64,000 nt of DNA from positions 25,892-89,891 of the forward strand of contig CAZTKG010000004.1 in NCBI GenBank assembly GCA_964613815.1, in the 5' to 3' direction. Shown piece after piece: positions 58,588 to 64,000 of the stretch. Source of the DNA: an uncultured Gammaproteobacteria bacterium. GTDB taxonomy: Bacteria; Patescibacteriota; Patescibacteriia; UBA9934. How positions within the stretch are numbered: position 1 is the stretch's first letter; each line of letters starts with the position of its first letter. A program made the position numbers and the translations under genes. The notes beneath the pieces were generated by a model that had not been told where the DNA came from, did not search any database, and worked only from the letters and a program-made list of their open reading frames with translations.

Positions 58588-59736
58588 GTGAAACTATCTT
58601 GTACGAAAGAAAACCTTGCTCAGGGACTCGCGGTCACATCGAACATCGGAACAAAAAACGTGAACCTTCCTATCCTGAACAATGTTCTCATCAAAGCCGA
58701 CAACGGAGGAATTCATTTCACAGCAACAAATCTTGAGATTGCTGTGAAAGTAAGTATTCGAGGAAAAGTGGAACAAGTAGGAGAGTACACGATTCCATCA
58801 AAACTATTCTTTGACTTTGTTAACTTACTTCCAGACGAACGCGTAGACATCGACCTACACGACGACGGGGCATTCATTGCATGCGCAACGGCAAAAACAA
58901 AACTAAAAGGCGTCGCATCATCAGAATTTCCATTAATTCCATCAGTAACAGACGGATCCATATTCACCGTATCCGTATCAGAGCTACGAAAAGTCCTCTC
59001 ACAAACACTATTCTCAGCAGCAAACAACGAATCAAGGCCAGAGCTATCGGGACTAAATTTCAATTTCGAAATCACGGAGACGACAAAGTCGCTCACAATT
59101 GCATCAACGGACAGCTATCGACTAGCAGAAGCAAAAATTGGAGTAAAGACGGACGTCATGACAGGACGATCCGTAATAATCCCAAGCAGAACACTCTCCG
59201 AACTGAATAGGATTTTCGGCGTATTCAAAGACGATGTTGAAGCATCTGACACGGTGGATATAGAAATCTCCGACAACCAAATCGTCTTCCGTTATGGGTC
59301 AGTAGAGCTCATCTCAAGAATCATTGAGGGTCAATATCCAGATTACAAACAAATCATCCCAACAGAATTCAAAACAAGTGCAACGGTAAACCGCCAAGCG
59401 CTCATCAAGGCCGTAAAAAGCACAAGTCTCTTCTCAAAAAACGGACTATACGATGTCGAACTCGCCGTATCTCCAGAAGGAGGAAAGATCGAGCTATCTG
59501 CAAGCGATGCAACAAGAGGGGAGCATTCGCTAACGCTCCCAGGAACATTCACTGGCGAGCTAAACAGAATCGTTCTCAACTATCGCTATGTCCTAGACGG
59601 TCTCGGCGCAATGAATGCTGACGAGGTAGAGGTGCGAGTCATTGACGCATCTAACCCATGCTTAGTCGTGCCAAAAGCATCAGAAGAGCAGGAAAAGGAA
59701 GGGTACAAATACGTCGTGATGCCAATCAGAAGATAA
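58588..59736 (+). CDS. dnaN: DNA polymerase III beta sliding clamp (GTG start, no clear RBS)
   Basis: Three-domain ~380-aa clamp collinear with DnaN, immediately after dnaA. Bidirectional terminator AAAAACCGCCCCTGTGGAAAAGGGCGGTTTTTT at 59816-59852. Confidence 0.85.
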   Translation: MKLSCTKENLAQGLAVTSNIGTKNVNLPILNNVLIKADNGGIHFTATNLEIAVKVSIRGKVEQVGEYTIPSKLFFDFVNLLPDERVDIDLHDDGAFIACATAKTKLKGVASSEFPLIPSVTDGSIFTVSVSELRKVLSQTLFSAANNESRPELSGLNFNFEITETTKSLTIASTDSYRLAEAKIGVKTDVMTGRSVIIPSRTLSELNRIFGVFKDDVEASDTVDIEISDNQIVFRYGSVELISRIIEGQYPDYKQIIPTEFKTSATVNRQALIKAVKSTSLFSKNGLYDVELAVSPEGGKIELSASDATRGEHSLTLPGTFTGELNRIVLNYRYVLDGLGAMNADEVEVRVIDASNPCLVVPKASEEQEKEGYKYVVMPIRR

Positions 59737-59857
59737 GAAACAAGTTCCTCAGAAACAGAAAAAGTTATCCAAACTATCCCCGACTTATCCTCATTGCAAG
59801 GAACGAGCCGGGTATCAAAAAACCGCCCCTGTGGAAAAGGGCGGTTTTTTACACAGG

Positions 59858-62674
59858 TTATTCCACGTCCTCGATCAAGCTGAATTGAGAGGTATCAACT
59901 GTTTCTTGGATCTTCACCTGAACAGGCGTCGCTTGGACATTATCTCCATCAGAGCTCTCTGCAGTCGCGGAAATGAGATAGTCGCCAGCTTCGGGTAGTG
60001 CCCAAGGAACAATGGTGACCGCAGATGCATCTCCGGCATCAATGACCTCAATCGCGATCCCGGTCCATCGCTCAGAAATCTCAACCTTTAAATCACGGAG
60101 CCGACTTGAATTCGACATCTCCAGCACAATATTATACGCATCCGAAGAGCGTTCAATGATCTGATTATCAAACGGATTCGTAATCGAGATCCGCTCACTA
60201 ACGGCGTCATTCTTCACCGTGATTCGAACAGAGTCACTTCCAGCATTATCAACATCGTCATAAGCGGTCACGGTCAATGTATGCGACCCACCATCAACCC
60301 AAGAGGGAAGAGTCAGCTTCGCGCCAGTCGTCCGAGAACTGACAGCAATAAGTGTCCCATCGATAAAATATTCCATGCGGTCAATCCCGCGCCGAGAGCT
60401 CGCGTCAACAGAAACGCTAAAGGTTCGATCAACAGAACTATTCTTAGACGGCGAATCAATATCAACCTTCGGCGCATTCGCCTTCACATGCACATCGTCC
60501 TCATCAGTCGGGACCTCACAGTTCTCTAGAGGTGCCTCACCCTCCGTCAGATTCGCGTTATACGTCTCAAGGTAACTCTGGACCCCAGCCTCCCAAGATT
60601 CGTAATCTGGGTCACTCTGAGGGTTTTCAGGAATTCCGGCAAGAGGATCATTACGATCAACGAAATGCAGGATCGTATGATACTCCCCACAAACAACCGT
60701 TTCCTTAAACCGATCCGGAGTCAGATCCGTCGCAAGCTGACCAGAAGCACTATCAATAACAACAAGCTCGCTAGGAATCTCCCCATCCAAAATCGCATTC
60801 CCAGTCACAGGAATTTCCGGCTCAACAAAACTCTCTACACCTTTCCCGGCATGAGCACTCTCCATAAACGCATTCCAAATCGGCGCAGCAACGGCGCTAC
60901 CACCAGCACCACCGCGCATCTGTGATCCATCCGTGTTCCCAGTCCAAACCCCAGCGACAATCTGCGGAGTATATCCAACCGTCCAAGCATCTTTGTAGTC
61001 ATTTGTCGTACCGGTCTTCGCGGCGGCAGCACGACCACTCAGGGTTAAGTAATTATTCTCCCCAAAGTACGGCGTCCGCGCAACATTGTCAGAAAGCACA
61101 TCAGAAATCATCGCCGCAACATTACTATCAAGAACCTCCTCACCTTCATTCTCTTCAGCCTTCCAAACAAGAAGCTCTTCACCATCAGGATCCTTCACCT
61201 CCAAAATCGAAACCGGCTCAAAGTACATTCCTCCAGTCGCAAACACGCCATACGCACCGACATGCTCCAACAGCTCAACCTCCGCCCCACCAAGAACCAT
61301 AGAAAGTCCAAACCGAGATCGATCTTCAAGTGTCGTATACCGAAGTCTCTCAGCAAAATCAGCGCCAGCATCAGTAGAAATAAGAGACAGAAGCTTCACT
61401 GCAGGAATATTCAAAGACCCCTGAAGCGCACTCCGAAGTGTCACCGGACCATGCTCCTCAAGATCATAGTTATGCGGTTCATACGGGTCGGTATCCGTCG
61501 CAAACGTCGTTAGCGTGTCCCACAAAATCGAATTCGGCGTATACCCAAGCTCAAACGCGGCAGTATAAATAATCGGTTTAAAACTAGACCCTGGCTGAAG
61601 TGGTCGCATCGTCACATTCACCTGCCCATCAATGTCATCATCAAAATAATCCGCAGACCCAACCATAGCGAGCACCTCTCCAGTATTCGGATCAAGCGCA
61701 ACAAGCCCAGAGTTATTAAACCCGTATTCTGCACTCCGTTTTTCTCGATTCGCCTCCACAGCCTCCTCAGCAGCCTGCTGCATCTCAAAATCCAAACTCG
61801 TTTTCACAATGAGCCCTCCTTGCTCAACCGTTCGCTCTGTATACAGCTCCTCTAACTGCTCCTTCACCCAAAGCACGAAATGCGGCGCCTCAATATTCGA
61901 AATAGAAATGTCAACCGCAGTATCACTCGCGATCGCAGCATCAGCCTCCTCCTGACTCACATATCCAAGCTCAGCCATGCTAGAAACAATCCAGTCACGC
62001 CGTGCCTTCAATTCATCAGGGTTATTGAGAAGGGTAGTAGGAGCCTTCGGAAGCGCAGCAAGCGTGGCAGCCTCCCCAAGCGAAAGGTCTTTAGCCTGCT
62101 TCTGAAAATACGCAAGCGCCGCAGATTCAATCCCATAGTTCGTCGACCCATAAGGGATTTCGTTCAAATACAACTGCAAAATCTCATCCTTCGTATATCG
62201 CCGCTCAAGCGCAAGCGACAAAATAACCTCCTTCAGCTTTCGTGTATACGTCTGCTCATTCGTCAGAATCGCATTCTTCACAAGTTGTTGCGTAATCGTG
62301 CTTCCTCCCTGTCCGGTTGGGTCAAACGTCGTAATGTTCACAAACATTGCTCGCAAAATACCCTTAATATCAATCCCGCTGTGCGTATAAAAGTGCCGGT
62401 CTTCAGCGGTGATGGTCGCATATGGGACATACGAAGGAAGTTCTTCAAGTGTTACAAGCGTCCGCTTTTCATCCCCGGCAATCTCATAAAGGAGGTGCTC
62501 GCCACTTCGATCATAAATCTTCGTAGACTGCGCAACTTCGCGCTCGGTAAGCGAATTCGGGTCCGGCAAGTCACGTGAGAGCCAGGCAAACAAGCCTAAA
62601 AATAAAATAGATCCGAGTAAGATAACGGCAATGCTAAGCAAAAACAGATTTTTTGCAAAACGAGCTTTATTCAT
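59858..62674 (-). CDS. class A penicillin-binding protein (PBP1A-type glycosyltransferase plus transpeptidase) with ~250-aa Ig-like C-terminal extension
   Basis: GT51 E-D-R-H-F-Y-T-H-S-G-I-D. Transpeptidase S-G-S-S-F-K-P, S-x-N, K-T-G-T. Start chosen at ATG 62674 (M-N-K-A-R-F, best RBS); the frame is open to 62812. Confidence 0.8.
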   Translation of the reverse strand: MNKARFAKNLFLLSIAVILLGSILFLGLFAWLSRDLPDPNSLTEREVAQSTKIYDRSGEHLLYEIAGDEKRTLVTLEELPSYVPYATITAEDRHFYTHSGIDIKGILRAMFVNITTFDPTGQGGSTITQQLVKNAILTNEQTYTRKLKEVILSLALERRYTKDEILQLYLNEIPYGSTNYGIESAALAYFQKQAKDLSLGEAATLAALPKAPTTLLNNPDELKARRDWIVSSMAELGYVSQEEADAAIASDTAVDISISNIEAPHFVLWVKEQLEELYTERTVEQGGLIVKTSLDFEMQQAAEEAVEANREKRSAEYGFNNSGLVALDPNTGEVLAMVGSADYFDDDIDGQVNVTMRPLQPGSSFKPIIYTAAFELGYTPNSILWDTLTTFATDTDPYEPHNYDLEEHGPVTLRSALQGSLNIPAVKLLSLISTDAGADFAERLRYTTLEDRSRFGLSMVLGGAEVELLEHVGAYGVFATGGMYFEPVSILEVKDPDGEELLVWKAEENEGEEVLDSNVAAMISDVLSDNVARTPYFGENNYLTLSGRAAAAKTGTTNDYKDAWTVGYTPQIVAGVWTGNTDGSQMRGGAGGSAVAAPIWNAFMESAHAGKGVESFVEPEIPVTGNAILDGEIPSELVVIDSASGQLATDLTPDRFKETVVCGEYHTILHFVDRNDPLAGIPENPQSDPDYESWEAGVQSYLETYNANLTEGEAPLENCEVPTDEDDVHVKANAPKVDIDSPSKNSSVDRTFSVSVDASSRRGIDRMEYFIDGTLIAVSSRTTGAKLTLPSWVDGGSHTLTVTAYDDVDNAGSDSVRITVKNDAVSERISITNPFDNQIIERSSDAYNIVLEMSNSSRLRDLKVEISERWTGIAIEVIDAGDASAVTIVPWALPEAGDYLISATAESSDGDNVQATPVQVKIQETVDTSQFSLIEDVE

Positions 62675-63017
62675 CTTCCGTTTCCCCTTGCTCGAGGAGC
62701 TTCGTCGCTTTTTAGAAAATTGACTCTTTTTCTTGCTAGAAGCCCAAGTTTGACCGCGTCTCGCCATAAAACACAAGTTATAAAGGGGTTTTGCACAAAA
62801 AACTGTACACACCCAGGGGAAAAGTATGTGGATAATCTGGGGCTATCTTACCAGTTTTTACCAAATTAGACAACTTTTTAAGGGAAAAAACAGGGCTAAT
62901 TTTAGGCAAGAATCAGACTTATCCGTTGACGAAAGGGCAAAAATATGGTATAGTGCTCTTACTCGTGAAAGCGGGTTTTTTTGTTGCCCAGGGTTCGTCT
63001 CCTGGAAAACATCGTCT

Positions 63018-63578
63018 ATGAACTATAAGCGCATCCAAAATACGCTTGAGCGGCTTTTTATTATTATAAAGTCGTCTCCAATCGAAGCAGGCATTATTGC
63101 AATAATGCTAATACTATTGTGTTACGCCACATTTCTTGGAGAGGTACATGCAGATGCTCCCGCAGTATCAAACTCCGTAAAACAGGCAACAGCACTACAA
63201 GTAAAGGCAATCCAGAACAGCTTGGCTGATTTCGGAACATTGCCGGTTGCTTCGTATCGAGGACCAGACTACTCCATGGAGGTCGCAGTGACAGCGTATA
63301 ACTCAGTGCCGTGGCAAACCGATGACACGCCATGTATTGGAGCGCAGGGAACAGATATTTGTGCCTTTCTAGAGGCCGGATACAACACATGTGCAGCAAA
63401 CTTCGTACCACTGGGAACGGTCATCGAAGTCGACGGACTTGGTCTTTGTACCGTTCGTGACCGAATGAACGCCCGGTATTGGTACCGAGTCGACTGGTAC
63501 ATGGGAATGGACATCGAATCCGCGAAACAATTTGGACTCAAGGTCCTTGACGTAGATGTCTACGCATCAAATTCATAA
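63018..63578 (+). CDS. membrane-anchored 3D-domain protein (MltA/YocH C-terminal-like cell-wall hydrolase domain)
   Basis: T-A-Y-N-S-V-P-W-Q-T-D-D-T-P-C...F-V-P-L-G-T-V-I-E-V-D-G-L...R-V-D-W-Y-M with three conserved Asp. Promoter TTGACG-17-TATAGT at 62924-52. Terminator 63581-63609. Confidence 0.65.
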   Translation: MNYKRIQNTLERLFIIIKSSPIEAGIIAIMLILLCYATFLGEVHADAPAVSNSVKQATALQVKAIQNSLADFGTLPVASYRGPDYSMEVAVTAYNSVPWQTDDTPCIGAQGTDICAFLEAGYNTCAANFVPLGTVIEVDGLGLCTVRDRMNARYWYRVDWYMGMDIESAKQFGLKVLDVDVYASNS

Positions 63579-63646
63579 CAAAAGCGACCCTCCGGGGTCG
63601 TTTTTGCGTTGATTAGAAAGGGGTGCTCTGATAGCATCAAAGGCAT

Positions 63647-64000
63647 ATGAAAAAACTCTTCACAACAATAGGACTCGTGCTGCTCATGGGAGCAGGGTGC
63701 ATGGGCTCATTCGGATCAGACGCGCAATCTGAGCCAGAGCGTGAAACATGGTGGCTCACATTTGACCTCTCATCAGAGTGGGTAATAGCTCCAGCATACG
63801 ACGACGAGCAATTAATCGACGTCCAAGACGCGATCAGGAAAGAAGTAAATGAAATTTACATTCAAAACACGTCAAAGAACATATGGCTCACAGAAGGACA
63901 GTCTCCAACAGAAGAAGAAATTCAAAAATTAGGGGGCGATGAGGCAATTGTTTACGAAGATTTTACACTCATCCACATCATGCGCTTAGACAAGCGACGC
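63647..64000 (+). CDS. hypothetical lipoprotein, 3'-partial at window edge
   Basis: AAAGG RBS. Lipobox L-L-M-G-A-G-C. Confidence 0.45.
   Translation, partial: MKKLFTTIGLVLLMGAGCMGSFGSDAQSEPERETWWLTFDLSSEWVIAPAYDDEQLIDVQDAIRKEVNEIYIQNTSKNIWLTEGQSPTEEEIQKLGGDEAIVYEDFTLIHIMRLDKRR

Noticed and set aside
62675-62812. N-terminal extension of the PBP ORF (M-C-T-V-F... / M-A-R-R-G-Q...)
   Set aside because: There is no RBS for those starts. ATG 62674 has an AAGGGG-type RBS and gives a canonical short cytoplasmic tail plus TM.

Overview
This 64-kb window looks like a small-genome bacterium, possibly CPR/Patescibacteria-like (inference only). The region holds the rpmH-rnpA-yidD / dnaA-dnaN origin neighbourhood. 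Across most of the window the + strand is strikingly C/A-rich and G-poor whatever the gene orientation. This composition flips to G/T-rich right of ~58-60 kb, which places oriC at the DnaA-box spacers flanking dnaA. Recognisable housekeeping genes are: DinG/XPD-like FeS helicase, lytic transglycosylase lipoprotein, ychF, Hanks Ser/Thr kinase, rmuC, rpsT, a DM13-domain protein, holA, polA, Nudix hydrolase, xerC/D-like recombinase, rpsO, a NYN-domain protein, pnp, DksA/TraR-like zinc-finger protein, lspA, yifB/comM-like ATPase, M23/LysM peptidase, V-type pyrophosphatase hppA, trigger factor, nfo, yidD, rnpA, rpmH, dnaA, dnaN, PBP1A and a 3D-domain protein. There are three tRNAs on the minus strand: Arg-CCT, His-GTG and Arg-TCT, each with encoded CCA. 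A 10-kb minus-strand block at 12.0-22.0 kb encodes giant secreted/surface proteins flanked by a 42-48 bp perfect palindromic repeat. The most unusual content is a same-strand reverse transcriptase (retron-like motifs but V-D-D in motif C) followed by a MoxR-like AAA+ ATPase and an HExxH+vWA protein (27.1-33.3 kb). This cluster is embedded in, and flanked by, about 18 small structured-RNA-like units at 26.1-26.9, 29.9-31.4, 33.4-33.65 and 39.4-42.2 kb. Many units have their own TTGACA/-10 promoter and intrinsic terminator. They share a TTGCTAGA-type 5' motif, a covarying 5'/3' terminal helix and a covarying internal hairpin. The spacer between the ATPase gene and the vWA gene is a 1.5-kb mosaic of repeated hairpin modules and perfect palindromes. 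A 122-nt hairpin with compensatory substitutions occupies the 3' trailer of both tRNA-Arg genes. No CRISPR array or rRNA was seen.
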